Shown: positions 35,595 to 45,516, numbered from the stretch's first letter. The stretch: DNA of 64,000 nucleotides from Candidatus Sericytochromatia bacterium (GCA_036676985.1 JAKFBU010000001.1:96001-160000); one strand, 5' to 3'. Notes: generated by a model not told the origin, from the letters alone. Numbers and translations: made by a program.

Positions 35595-36719
35595 ATGCGC
35601 GTCGATCCTAGGTTCAACGTAGAGGTCACGCACGTCAACAACGCCCCGGTGCCGCCTCCCGCCACGCCGGCGGGGCCGCCGCCAGAGGCGCAGCCGCACA
35701 TGCACGCGGACGTCTCCCGCCTCACGCGCGGCGTCCGCACCACCCAGACCTGGGCCAAGACGCGCCTCACCCGCAACCTCGACCCGACCCTCGATCCCGA
35801 CAACCTCAAGCTCTCCGAGAACTGGCGCAAGGTCCGCACCGAGAAACTCGTCGACCCCGACGCGCGGCTGGTGCAGGAGACAGGCGAACAGCTCGAGACC
35901 TTCCTCAAGGAGCTCGAGGAGCGCGGCCTCGCCAAGCATCCCCAGTACGAGCAGCTCTCCAAGCTCCGCGACTCGCTCAAGCGCATCGCCGAGCGCGAGG
36001 CCCGTCGCGAGCGACCCAAGGCCGACAAGGACGACCCGAGCCTGGGCGAAGCCGCCGAGGACCTCTGGGACAAGGTCATGGAGCTGCTGCTCGGGCCCGG
36101 CGCGGGCCAGAACAAGGCTCAGGAGCGGTACGAGCAGGGTCTCGCCTTCGCCAAGCTGGGCAAGCGCAAGGAGGCCATCCGCAGCTTCAAGCGCGCCCTC
36201 GAGGCCAACCCCGATCACGTGGACACCCATGCCAAGCTCGGGCGCCTGCTGCTGGAGACCCAGCGCTTCGCGGACGCGGAGCGGCACCTCCAGACCGCGG
36301 CGAGCTACCGCCCGCGGGACTACCAACTTCAACTAGGTCTTGGAGAGCTCTACTACCAGCTCGGCGAGACCGAGCTGTCCCGCCAGTCGTTCTTCCAGGC
36401 CTCGCAGATCGCGGGCAACCACTCGGATCCTCACGCGTGGCTCGGTGTGCTCGCCTATGAGCAGTCTCGGCTCGGCGAGGCGGCTATGAGCCTGGAAAAG
36501 GCCGTCCAGATGGACCCGTCGAACGCCGTGGCGCGGTTCTACCTGGCGCAGGTCGCCTTCCAGCTCAACGACCCGCTGCGGGGCAACTTCCAACTCCAGA
36601 TGGTCAAGCGCCTCAACCCCACCGCGGACCTGGCCCGCTTTCAGCAGGGCGGCAGCGCGCTGGCCGCGGGCTCGGGGGAGTCGCAGGGCATGCAGGGATA
36701 TCGGTGGCAATCGCCGTAA
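35595..36719 (+). CDS. Tetratricopeptide repeat protein
   Basis: Repeated LG...A...F..AL...P helical pairs in the C-terminal half; Pro-rich N-terminus. Confidence 0.8.
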   Translation: MRVDPRFNVEVTHVNNAPVPPPATPAGPPPEAQPHMHADVSRLTRGVRTTQTWAKTRLTRNLDPTLDPDNLKLSENWRKVRTEKLVDPDARLVQETGEQLETFLKELEERGLAKHPQYEQLSKLRDSLKRIAEREARRERPKADKDDPSLGEAAEDLWDKVMELLLGPGAGQNKAQERYEQGLAFAKLGKRKEAIRSFKRALEANPDHVDTHAKLGRLLLETQRFADAERHLQTAASYRPRDYQLQLGLGELYYQLGETELSRQSFFQASQIAGNHSDPHAWLGVLAYEQSRLGEAAMSLEKAVQMDPSNAVARFYLAQVAFQLNDPLRGNFQLQMVKRLNPTADLARFQQGGSALAAGSGESQGMQGYRWQSP

Positions 36720-36761
36720 GGCCAACCTCCGTCGAACCCGACGCTGCCTGAGTCGGCGACC

Positions 36762-37012
36762 CTGGATTCCCGCTTTCGCGGGAATGACGGGAGCGGTCAT
36801 TCACGTGTCGTGAGCAAGCCCAAGGGAGCGGTCATTCACGCGTCATGAGCAAGCCTCAGGGAGCGGTCATTCACGCGTCATGAGCACGTCCCAGGGAGCG
36901 GTCATTCACGCGCCGTGAGAAAGCCTCAGGAAGCGGTCATTCACGCGCCGTGAGAAAGCCCCAGCCAGCGGCAGTCGGCGCTCCCGTCACCCTCGCGAAG
37001 GCGGGGGTCCAG
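36762..37012. repeat. REPIN-like element: inverted REP palindromes flanking 5 x 35-bp tandem repeats
   Basis: Left REP 36762-36795, inverted right REP 36979-37012. Units gggagcggtcattcacg..tgag.aagcc.ca start at 36789, 36824, 36859, 36894 and 36929. Confidence 0.85.
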
Positions 37013-37063
37013 AACGGCCTATTACGGATGTGGCGAATTCACCCGCGAAAACAGGTCCCCGGC

Positions 37064-37396
37064 TCAGGCCCGGTAGCGCTCCAACAGGGAATCCAGGGTC
37101 ACGATGGGCACCAGAGGCAGGCGATCGCCCACCTTCTTCGCGGCCGCGGGCGTCGGGTTGATGATGTAGAGCGGAATCTCCGCGTAGGTCTTCTGCAAGT
37201 ACTGCGCGACGTCGATGCCGTGGGTCGGCTGGCGCGAGAGATCCAGCAGGACGAAGTCCGGACGGATGGCCTCCAGCTGGTCGCGGAACTGCGGCCAGCG
37301 CGGCTCGGCCACATGCCACTCGGCCTGGAGGCGGGTGAGCCGTCCCAGGTGATGCAGACGAGTGGGGCCCGCGAATTGTAGCAACAACGCCTTCAA
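37064..37396 (-). CDS. Single-domain receiver-like protein
   Basis: RPDFVLLDLS...GIDVAQYL...IPLYII is REC-like; TTG start after GGGAGG. Confidence 0.55.
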   Translation of the reverse strand: MKALLLQFAGPTRLHHLGRLTRLQAEWHVAEPRWPQFRDQLEAIRPDFVLLDLSRQPTHGIDVAQYLQKTYAEIPLYIINPTPAAAKKVGDRLPLVPIVTLDSLLERYRA

Positions 37397-37537
37397 GGGG
37401 AGCCTCCCCGGTCGCTACCGCCCGCGCCAAGCTGCGATCAACGGCAAACGAGCGACCTGTCCGGCTCATCATACCACCACCGGGTATCATATGACACCCT
37501 TACGACACTATGAAGATTGCGTGAATATGCCAGGAAA

Positions 37538-38773
37538 TTAGAACGCCAGGGTGAGGGCGGCGCTCCAGCCCAGCCCCCCCATGAGCGGGTGCGGCACGCG
37601 CGCGGAGGCATCCGCCGGCTGCATGACGCCCGTGGTCTGGTTCCAGCGCTCCGGCCGCCAGGGCGTGAGATACGTGAGGCCGAGCGAAGCCCCGAGCCCC
37701 CCGAACAGTTGTCCGGCGAGACCAACGGCCCCCGTGCCGTGCAGCGAGAAGGAGCTCGCGCGATCGCCCGTGCCCGGGATCCCCTGGCTCAGGAGCGCCG
37801 CCCCCACCCCCAGCTCCGAATAGAGCCAGAGGCGCTCGGGAAAGACCTCGTGCTGGTAGACGACGTGCGGCAGGATGGCGAAGCCCGCCGCCGGCTCCTG
37901 GCGCAGCTCGCCGAACGCCAGGGAGGCGCCCCAGCCGTATCCCGTCCGGTTGTAGTCGAGGCTGACACCCGTGAAGCTGCCGGCCGTCGGCGACAGCAGG
38001 CCCGTGTAGAGGATTCCCGCTCCGGCGGGCGGGCTGCCGTAGGGCTGCTCGTGCACCTCGGCGCCGGCCGGCAGGTCATAGTATCCGCTCAAGAGCTCCC
38101 CGTGCGCCGAGTCGCTCGCGACCTGCGTCACCCGGATCCGGCCGATGGGCTCCTTTTCGGGAGTCAACCGGGAGAAGAGCATCCCCTCCTGCAGGCCGAG
38201 GTCGCGGCCGTGGGCAAAGACCACATGACGCCCGTCCCGCGCCTTGATGGTCGTCGTCAGCCGGAACGTCTCGCGCACCAGGCGCGCGATGTCCTGGGCA
38301 GCGTGCTCGTAGGCGTAGATCTCGGCCGCCTCTCGGGAGCTCGGGCTCTCCCCGTAAAAGCGGATGGCCTGCCGCACCCGCTCCTTGCGGCTCGCCACGT
38401 CCAGCACGACCACCCCCACCTCGCTGCGGGCCACGTACTGGCCCGAGAGGTCCGTGAAGCGAACGAACCGCGCGTCGGGATCCTGCGCGAAGCCCAGGAG
38501 CACCGCGATCGCTGCACCGCCCGCCTCGGCGCGCATCATCGCACGCTCCTCGGCCGATCCCGAGCCGGCCTCGACGCCCGCCGGCATCACCAGAGTGAAG
38601 CGCTCGACGCGGGAGAGCTCGGCGCGCACGGCGTCGGCAAGCCGGGTGTCGGCGATGGGGAAGTACGCCTCGTTGGGCACCACGGCGAGCACGGGCCTGG
38701 TGGGCGAGGCCGCCAGGGCCGGCTGGGCGAGCCAGATGAAGACGAGGGCCAGAAGGGCGGTCCAAGGGCGCAT
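37538..38773 (-). CDS. Exported protein with a probable C-terminal beta-barrel
   Basis: Signal peptide (ALA|A), FlgT-like GRDLGLQEG segment, amphipathic beta strands, terminal Phe. Confidence 0.6.
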   Translation of the reverse strand: MRPWTALLALVFIWLAQPALAASPTRPVLAVVPNEAYFPIADTRLADAVRAELSRVERFTLVMPAGVEAGSGSAEERAMMRAEAGGAAIAVLLGFAQDPDARFVRFTDLSGQYVARSEVGVVVLDVASRKERVRQAIRFYGESPSSREAAEIYAYEHAAQDIARLVRETFRLTTTIKARDGRHVVFAHGRDLGLQEGMLFSRLTPEKEPIGRIRVTQVASDSAHGELLSGYYDLPAGAEVHEQPYGSPPAGAGILYTGLLSPTAGSFTGVSLDYNRTGYGWGASLAFGELRQEPAAGFAILPHVVYQHEVFPERLWLYSELGVGAALLSQGIPGTGDRASSFSLHGTGAVGLAGQLFGGLGASLGLTYLTPWRPERWNQTTGVMQPADASARVPHPLMGGLGWSAALTLAF

Positions 38774-38796
38774 GTGTCGTACCTCCGCCCTTGATT

Positions 38797-38862
38797 GTCC
38801 CGAGCATGTCGAGCAACCGCAAGAGGAACCGTTCGCCGCTTCGACAGGCTCAGGACGAACGG
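38797..38862. repeat. Second REP-like inverted-repeat family (CTTCGACAGGCTCAGGAC)
   Basis: gtcccgagcatgtcgag ... cttcgacaggctcaggacgaacgg, an imperfect inverted pair. Confidence 0.55.
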
Positions 38863-39021
38863 GGTGCTGAGGTGTGACCGATACCCTTGCCCAGAGCCTT
38901 CTTCAGGCCTACGGTAGGAAGATCGCCGGGGTTAGGCCCCCGGAACCGGCGGGTAAATAGAGGGGGATGTCCGGCTGGACTTGGGTTTTCGGCCGAGACG
39001 GCGATCGCGAGGGTTCACTGC

Positions 39022-39837
39022 GTGTCGTTTGGTGTTGTCGTCCTGGCGCTCTTCATCCTGGTCATGCTGGCGATGCAAGGGCCATCGGTAGCCGGCCTCT
39101 GGTCGTCACACGCGGCCATCGTGGTCCTCGGCGGCACCTTCACGGCCACGCTCATGTCCTTCCCGACCAAGCTGGTCTTGCGGATCCCGCGCCTCACCAT
39201 CGAGGCCATCCGGGCGCCCAAGCTCGAGGTCAACGCCATCGTGGCGACCCTCATCAAGGTGTCGGACCGCCTGCGGACGGGCGGCGTCAACGCCCTCCAC
39301 TCGGAGCTCAAGGGCATCAAGGACCCCTTCCTCAAGAAGGGCCTCCAGTACATCGCCGAAGGCTTCGACTCCAAGGAGATCCAGGACCTCATGGAGGCCG
39401 ACATGATCGGCATCCGGGGCCGCCACCGCAACAACATCGCCGTCTTCGAGAGCCTCGCGGGCTACTCGCCCACCCTGGGCATCATGGGCACGGTCATGTC
39501 GATGGTCGCGATCCTCGGCAACCTGGAGGCCCCCGAGAAGCTGGGACCCGAGATCGCCAACGCCATGGTCGCCACTCTCTACGGCGTCGGCGCCGCCAAC
39601 CTCCTCTTCATGCCGCTCGCGACCAAGCTCAAGAAGCTGAGCGAGGAGGAGCTGCGCCTGCGCTGGGTGATGATCGAGGTCATCCTGCTCATGCACGCAG
39701 GCTCCAGCCCCCGCACCATCCGTGAGCGCCTCAAAGCGAGCCTCCCGCCCGAGACCCGCAAGATGATCCAGGACGTCAAGGGCAAGAAGGGCGGCAACGC
39801 GACGGGCCGTCTGGAGACGGCCACCCTGCAGGAGTAG
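39022..39837 (+). CDS. motA: Flagellar-type stator protein MotA
   Basis: IVVLGGT, DPFLKKGL, GYSPTLGIMGTV, ATLYGV..ANL..P. GTG start at 39022 is tentative. Confidence 0.88.
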   Translation: MSFGVVVLALFILVMLAMQGPSVAGLWSSHAAIVVLGGTFTATLMSFPTKLVLRIPRLTIEAIRAPKLEVNAIVATLIKVSDRLRTGGVNALHSELKGIKDPFLKKGLQYIAEGFDSKEIQDLMEADMIGIRGRHRNNIAVFESLAGYSPTLGIMGTVMSMVAILGNLEAPEKLGPEIANAMVATLYGVGAANLLFMPLATKLKKLSEEELRLRWVMIEVILLMHAGSSPRTIRERLKASLPPETRKMIQDVKGKKGGNATGRLETATLQE

Positions 39838-39843
39838 CGACCG

Positions 39844-40692
39844 ATGGCCCGCGAGTGGCGCATCGAGCGCGAAGGAGACGACGAGCACCGGCAGGACGAG
39901 CGATGGCTCGTAACTTACGCCGACATGATCACCGTCCTCCTCATCTTCTTCATCGTCCTCTACTCCCTGTCCGCCAAGATCTCGGCCAAGAACTTCGAGA
40001 AGCTGGCCAAGAGCCTCAACACCTCCATCTCGGCCAAGAAGCAGACACCCAAGGCCACCGACCCCTTCACGCCGGACGTCGAGCAGAACGCCGAGCTCGC
40101 CGAGGAGTCGACGGTCATCAAGCGCGCCCTGGCGCCCTTCCAGGGCAAGAGCCAGGTCAAGGTGGACCTCAACTCCAAGGGTCTGGTCATCTCGCTCGCG
40201 GACACGTCCTTCTTCGATCTGGGCTCCACCGAGCTCAAGCCGGAAGGCCGGGAGGCCCTCCTCAAGATCGCCTCGGTGATCGCCACGGCCTCCAACGCCA
40301 TCAGCGTCGAGGGCCACACGGACAGCACCAAGGCCGCGGGCATCGGCAACACCAACTGGGTCATCGCCGCCACCCGTGCGGCCAACGTGGCGCAGTTCCT
40401 CTCGGATGCCGGCAAGGTCCCCGCCAAGCGCTTCCAGGTGGTCTCCTACGCCGAGTTCAGGCCGCTCTTCCCCAATGACACCCCCGAGCACCGCGCCATG
40501 AACCGCCGGGTGGACATCGTCATCCAGGAGGGCCCGCCCAAGCCCGCCATGACGCCCCGGCCGGAGTCCCTGCCCGACACCCTGGCTCCCGCGTTCGGCG
40601 ATCCCAACAACGGCCTGCCGACCAACCCCTTCAACAAACCGGCCAACGAGACCGGAGGCATTATCCCGAATCCGTTCGGGAATAACTTCTAG
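39844..40692 (+). CDS. motB: Stator protein MotB with OmpA-like domain
   Basis: WLVTYADMITVLLIFFIVLYS with the conserved Asp; VEGHTD; NRRVDI. Confidence 0.9.
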   Translation: MAREWRIEREGDDEHRQDERWLVTYADMITVLLIFFIVLYSLSAKISAKNFEKLAKSLNTSISAKKQTPKATDPFTPDVEQNAELAEESTVIKRALAPFQGKSQVKVDLNSKGLVISLADTSFFDLGSTELKPEGREALLKIASVIATASNAISVEGHTDSTKAAGIGNTNWVIAATRAANVAQFLSDAGKVPAKRFQVVSYAEFRPLFPNDTPEHRAMNRRVDIVIQEGPPKPAMTPRPESLPDTLAPAFGDPNNGLPTNPFNKPANETGGIIPNPFGNNF

Positions 40693-41919
40693 ATGCACTC
40701 CGTCGACCCCCCCGTCGTCTCGCCGTTTCCCGCCGAAGCCCCCGACAAGGGCACATCCTGGCCTCGCTGGGCGACGCCCGCCGCGATCTTCCTCGGCTTC
40801 TGGTTCCTCTACGCCGTCAGCGGCGCGCTGGAGGGGACTCCCTACAACGCGCATGTCTGGATGGCCGACGCCATGCTGCACGGGCGGTTCGGGCTCCTGA
40901 ACCCGCCCGGCCACTTCGAGATGGTGAAAGTCGGCGAGTACCACCACGTGGCTTACGGCGTGGGCCCCGCGCTCTTGATGCTGCCCTTCGTCGCCATCTT
41001 CGGACAGGGCTTTCACCAGGCGCTCTTCTCGGCGGCCCTCGGCGCCCTCTCGGTGCTGCTGTGGTGGTCCATCCTCGGGCGCCTGAAGTTCGAGGGCCCG
41101 GCCCGCACGTGGATGACGCTCCTCTTCGGGCTGGGGTCGCCCTTCTGGTTCTACGCGGGCCAGAGCGGGAGCACCTGGATGCTCACGCACATGGCGGTCG
41201 TCATCGGCCTCATGGCGGCCATCTGGGAGACGCTCGGCAAGCAGCGCGGCTGGCTCGTCGGCCTCTCTTTCGGCATCGCCGTGCTCTCGCGCCAGCCCGT
41301 GCTCGTGGCCCTGCCCTTCTTCATCGGGATGCTCTGGCGCGACGATCGCGCCACGGGCGGCGCCTCGAGCTGGCGCAAGCAAGGCGGCCTGGCCCTGGGA
41401 CTCGGCGCGCTCCTCGCCTTCGGCGCCTTCTACAACTACGCTCGCTTCGGCAACCCCTTCGACAACGGCTACGAGCTGGTGAACCGGACGCTCTACGGCT
41501 CCTACATGCCGCACGGCAACTTCAGCCTGGAGTACTTCGCCCGCAACTTCCCGATCTACTTCACGCGGCTGCCCGCGAGGCTCAACGAGTTCCCGTGGTT
41601 CGACCCGACCAAGGACGGCTTCAGCATCTTCCTCACGCTGCCCGCCCTGTTCTACGCCTTCTACGCCAACTTCCGCGATCGCCTGACCTGGCTCGCGCTC
41701 TACTCCACCGCGGCCATCCTCGGGCTCTACCTCATCTATTTCTGGTCTGGCTGGGTGCAGTTCGGCTGCCGCTACTTCGTGGACCTCCTGCCCTTCGCGA
41801 TGCTGCTCGTGGCCTCGGGTACCGAGCGACGCTACGACAAGACGCTCGTGGCGGCGACACTCGCGGGCGTCGTAGTGGAGGTCTGGGGCCTGTTCTGGTG
41901 GGGGCTCAAGGGATGGTAG
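40693..41919 (+). CDS. Polytopic membrane protein, probable GT-C glycosyltransferase (paralog 1)
   Basis: About 10 TM helices; YNYARFGNPFDNGY and QFGCRYFVDLLP motifs. Confidence 0.65.
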   Translation: MHSVDPPVVSPFPAEAPDKGTSWPRWATPAAIFLGFWFLYAVSGALEGTPYNAHVWMADAMLHGRFGLLNPPGHFEMVKVGEYHHVAYGVGPALLMLPFVAIFGQGFHQALFSAALGALSVLLWWSILGRLKFEGPARTWMTLLFGLGSPFWFYAGQSGSTWMLTHMAVVIGLMAAIWETLGKQRGWLVGLSFGIAVLSRQPVLVALPFFIGMLWRDDRATGGASSWRKQGGLALGLGALLAFGAFYNYARFGNPFDNGYELVNRTLYGSYMPHGNFSLEYFARNFPIYFTRLPARLNEFPWFDPTKDGFSIFLTLPALFYAFYANFRDRLTWLALYSTAAILGLYLIYFWSGWVQFGCRYFVDLLPFAMLLVASGTERRYDKTLVAATLAGVVVEVWGLFWWGLKGW

Positions 41920-43121
41920 GAAATTCGGCCGAGGTCCTGGCGGCGGTAGAGACCACCCCCAGCCGGCTCGCATGGCTCCGGAAGCTCCCCTGGCCGTCCC
42001 TCCTGGTCTTCCTCCTGTTCTGGGGCCTCTACGCGGCCACCGGCTGCTGGAAGTGGACGGGCTACAACGCCCACGTCCACCTGGCATGGGCCATGCTGCA
42101 CGGCCAGTTCAACCTCATCGATCCGCCCGGGCACTTCGAGATGCTGCGAGTGGGCGGCAAGGCCTACATCGCCTACGGCGTCGGCCCGACCCTGATGATG
42201 CTCCCCCTGGTGGCCATCTGGGGCCTGAGCTTCCACCAGGCGCTCTTCGCCGCGGCCCTCGCCGCCTGGGCGGTCGCCCTGTGGTGGTCGACGCTCGGCC
42301 TCCTCCAGGCCGACCTCAAGGCCCGCATCGCGCTCACCGCCTGCTTCGGCCTGGGCTCGCTGTTCTGGTACTACGGCGGTCAGAACGGCAACACCTGGAC
42401 GATCATGCACGTCGTCACCGTCTGGGGGCTGATGCTCGCCATCCGCGAGACGCTCGGCAAGCAGCGCGCCTGGATCGTCGGCGTCGGGTTCGGCCTGGCC
42501 GTGCTGTCCCGCCAGGCGGTGCTGCTCGCGGTGCCGTTCTTCCTGGTCCTGCTCTTCCAGGACCGGAACTGGCGCAAGCTCCTGGGGTTCGCCGTCGGAG
42601 CGGGGGCATTCTTGGGGTTCGGGGCCTTCTACAACTTCGCCCGCTTCGGGACGCCCTTCGACAATGCCTACAAGGGCGTCATCCTCGCGACCACGCCGGC
42701 CAACCAGGTGCCCTGGGGCATCTTCCATCCGAACTACATCGCGCAGAACCTGCAGGGCTACTTCCTGAAGCTCCCCGCCCGGATCCCGGAGTTCCCCTAC
42801 TTCGACCCGACGCTGGACGGCTTCACGATCCTGCTCTCCCTGCCCGCGCTCCTGTACCTCTTCCGGGCGGATTACCGGCAGCGGATCAACCAGCTGGCGC
42901 TCCTCGCCTGCCTCGGGATCCTGGGGCTGTATCTGTGCTACTACTGGTCCGGGTTCGCCCAGTTCGGCCGACGTTACTCGGTCGACTTCCTGCCCTTCGC
43001 CATGCTGCTCATCGCCATGGCCACCAAGGACCGCCTGCGCGGGGGCCTCGTCCTGGCAACCCTCGCGGGCATCGCAGTCGAGGTCTGGGGCATCGGGTGG
43101 TGGCTCGCGAAGGGTTGGTGA
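41913..43121 (+). CDS. Polytopic membrane protein, probable GT-C glycosyltransferase (paralog 2)
   Basis: Start ATG 41913 overlaps the paralog 1 stop; shares YNAHV, PPGHFEM, ETLGKQR, YN.ARFG.PFDN.Y and QFG.RY.VD.LPF. Confidence 0.65.
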   Translation: MVGNSAEVLAAVETTPSRLAWLRKLPWPSLLVFLLFWGLYAATGCWKWTGYNAHVHLAWAMLHGQFNLIDPPGHFEMLRVGGKAYIAYGVGPTLMMLPLVAIWGLSFHQALFAAALAAWAVALWWSTLGLLQADLKARIALTACFGLGSLFWYYGGQNGNTWTIMHVVTVWGLMLAIRETLGKQRAWIVGVGFGLAVLSRQAVLLAVPFFLVLLFQDRNWRKLLGFAVGAGAFLGFGAFYNFARFGTPFDNAYKGVILATTPANQVPWGIFHPNYIAQNLQGYFLKLPARIPEFPYFDPTLDGFTILLSLPALLYLFRADYRQRINQLALLACLGILGLYLCYYWSGFAQFGRRYSVDFLPFAMLLIAMATKDRLRGGLVLATLAGIAVEVWGIGWWLAKGW

Positions 43122-43136
43122 GGCGCCTTTTGCGGC

Positions 43137-44693
43137 TCACAGAGGAGAGAGGACGTTCGCCGCGGTCGACGGCGGCGGCAACGGTGCCTCGGTCCGGCCC
43201 ACGACCTCGTAGGTGTCCTGCCCGTAGTTGTTGAGGGGCGGTAGACGCTCCAGCTGGTAGTAGGGACGCACCGCCTCGATGGTGTGCGCGAAGTGGATGA
43301 GGTAGACCGGGCGCTCGGGATAGCGCGCCTCGATGGCCCCCATCACGTCCCCCAGGCACTGGCTCACGATGTCGCTGTCGTCGAGGATCTCGACGTCCGG
43401 CCGCCGGCCTTCCACGTAACGTCCGTACCACAGGGGCGTGCTGAAGCTCCACCAGGAGATGACGACCGCCCGCGGCTTGACCGTTTCGAGCACCGCCTGC
43501 TGGTACCGGTCCGCGTCACGGTTCTGGCTCTGGTCCATCCGCTTCCAGTGCATGTCGATGAGCAGGTAGGGCAGGACGAGAGTCAGGGCCGCGAGGATCC
43601 AGGCCGTGCGCCGATGGGCCCTGGCCCCGCGCCATTCCTGCCACAGGCTCAGGATCTCCTGGGCGCCCACGGCCGCGAAGAGGAACAGGATCCAGTTGGG
43701 GACGATGTAGTAGCGCGAGAGGTCGGCGTTGACGTAGGTCGAGGCGGCGTAGAAGGGCACGAGCGCCCCGAGGAAGAGCCCGAGCGTCAGGCGCCAGTTT
43801 CGAATGGCGAGCGCGCCCATGCCGCCGAAGGCCAGGCCGAAGAGGATGCTGCGGCCCGGCACCGAGAGCCACTCGGCATACCAGCCCATCACCTCGGGCA
43901 GCTTGCCGATGAAGGACCGGATCCCCGCGAGAGAGAGGAAGCCCATGCCGCCCTGGAACTGCTCGGCGAGGACCACGTAGCGGAAGCGCTCCCAGGTGGT
44001 CGGGTGCGCGTAGCTGAGGGGCGGCTCCATCATGGCGCGCAGGGGGATGTAGGCGTACACGAGGAGACCCAGGGTGCCCATCAGGAGGCCGAGGCCCACC
44101 GCCCCCGGACGCAGGAAGTCGCGCGGACGGGCGAGCCAGGCGTAGAGGCCGAGTGCCGGCAGCTCCATGACCATGAGCATGTGGTTGCCGAGCCCGAGGC
44201 CGGCGCCGAGGGCGAGCCCCCAGAGGTAGCGACGATCGCCCGACTCGGCCCAGCGCCAGACCAGGAGCCACAGCACCGCGACGATGGCCGCGTGCAGGGT
44301 GTGGGGGTCGGCCCGGTTGGCCGTGCTCCAGACGTTCGAGGAGAAGGCGAAGCCCAGGGCCGCCGAGAGGGCGAGTACGAGGTTGACCTTCAGACGTCCG
44401 GCCATGAGGACGAGGACACCTGCGGCGACGGCCGCAGAGACCCCGGACATGAGGCTCACGCGCCAGGCGATGGAGCCAAACGGCCACCACGTAAAGGCCT
44501 TGCCGACGAGCGTGTATAATGGATAGCCCGTCGGATGGGCGATGCCGAGCACCGCGGCGACCGTCTGGAACTCGCCGGTGTCCCAGAACCCGACGCCGGG
44601 CAGCATGGTCCGGGTGTAGACGACGAGCGCGAGCGCCGCGGCCGCCAGCGCGACCAGCCAGGTGCTCCGTTTCGACCAGGGAGAGTCCATCAT
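43137..44693 (-). CDS. DUF2723 / TMEM260-family O-glycosyl(mannosyl)transferase
   Basis: DTGEF...GIAHPTGYPLYTL signature, GLGNH, YAYIPLRA; multi-TM. Confidence 0.8.
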   Translation of the reverse strand: MMDSPWSKRSTWLVALAAAALALVVYTRTMLPGVGFWDTGEFQTVAAVLGIAHPTGYPLYTLVGKAFTWWPFGSIAWRVSLMSGVSAAVAAGVLVLMAGRLKVNLVLALSAALGFAFSSNVWSTANRADPHTLHAAIVAVLWLLVWRWAESGDRRYLWGLALGAGLGLGNHMLMVMELPALGLYAWLARPRDFLRPGAVGLGLLMGTLGLLVYAYIPLRAMMEPPLSYAHPTTWERFRYVVLAEQFQGGMGFLSLAGIRSFIGKLPEVMGWYAEWLSVPGRSILFGLAFGGMGALAIRNWRLTLGLFLGALVPFYAASTYVNADLSRYYIVPNWILFLFAAVGAQEILSLWQEWRGARAHRRTAWILAALTLVLPYLLIDMHWKRMDQSQNRDADRYQQAVLETVKPRAVVISWWSFSTPLWYGRYVEGRRPDVEILDDSDIVSQCLGDVMGAIEARYPERPVYLIHFAHTIEAVRPYYQLERLPPLNNYGQDTYEVVGRTEAPLPPPSTAANVLSPL

Positions 44694-45516
44694 TCACCAG
44701 CCACGTGGCAGCGAGGGAAGCGCGCCCGTTCAGGGCGAAGCGAGCTTATCACACCCCTCGGATGCCTGTCCAACCGAGGGCGGGCCCGCGCTCAGCATCG
44801 TCATTCCGGCCTACAACGAGGCCCTGCGGCTAGGTCCGACCCTCGAGGCGATCGGCCGCCACATGACGGGGCGCTCCTACGAGATCCTGGTCGTCGACGA
44901 CGGCAGCACGGACGACACGGAAGCCGTCGCCCGGCGCTACCCGGAGGTCCGGGTCCTGCGCCAGATCCCCAACCAGGGCAAGGGCGCCGCCGTGCGGCGC
45001 GGCATGCTCGAGGCCCGGGGCCAGTGGGTGCTCTTCTCGGACGCGGACCTCTCGACCCCCATCGACGAGCTCGACAAGCTGCTCGCGGCCGCCCGGGAGA
45101 AGCGGGCGGCGATCGCCATCGCCTCGCGCGGCCTGTGGCAGGCCAAGATCGAGGTCTCCCAGCCCCTTTACCGCGTCCTCATGGGCAAGATCTACAACCT
45201 CATGCTCCAGGCCATCCTCCTGCCCGGCATCTGGGACAGCCAGTGCGGCTTCAAGCTCTTCGAGCGCTCGGCCGCGCGCGAGGTCTTCGGGCGCACCGAG
45301 CTGCCGGGCTTCGGCTTTGACGCCGAGTCCCTCTACATCGCCCGGCGGCTGGGCTATCGCCTCGTGGAGGTGCCGATCCGCTGGCGCAACGATCCCGATA
45401 CCAAGGTCAGCGCCTGGCGGGACTCCCTGCGCATGTTCCTGGAACTGTGGCGCATTCGGCGTCTCCACCGCGCCCTGCGGCCCTTGGCCCCTTCCCCCCG
45501 CGATCTCCCGGATTGA
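44662..45516 (+). CDS. GT2 polyprenol-phosphate glycosyltransferase (ALG5/DPM1-like); start uncertain
   Basis: SIVIPAYNE, VDDGSTD, NQGKGAAV, SDADLS, DSQCGFKLF, GFDAE. Confidence 0.85.
   Translation: MLRFDQGESIIHQPRGSEGSAPVQGEASLSHPSDACPTEGGPALSIVIPAYNEALRLGPTLEAIGRHMTGRSYEILVVDDGSTDDTEAVARRYPEVRVLRQIPNQGKGAAVRRGMLEARGQWVLFSDADLSTPIDELDKLLAAAREKRAAIAIASRGLWQAKIEVSQPLYRVLMGKIYNLMLQAILLPGIWDSQCGFKLFERSAAREVFGRTELPGFGFDAESLYIARRLGYRLVEVPIRWRNDPDTKVSAWRDSLRMFLELWRIRRLHRALRPLAPSPRDLPD

Noticed and set aside
36789-36963. Possible CRISPR array
   Set aside because: Units are contiguous 35-bp tandem copies whose variable parts are nearly identical, so there are no unique spacers; no cas genes in the window.
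39022-40692. motAB as a Zorya (ZorAB) defence system
   Set aside because: MotA has normal length with no long cytoplasmic tail, and no zorC/D/E genes are adjacent.
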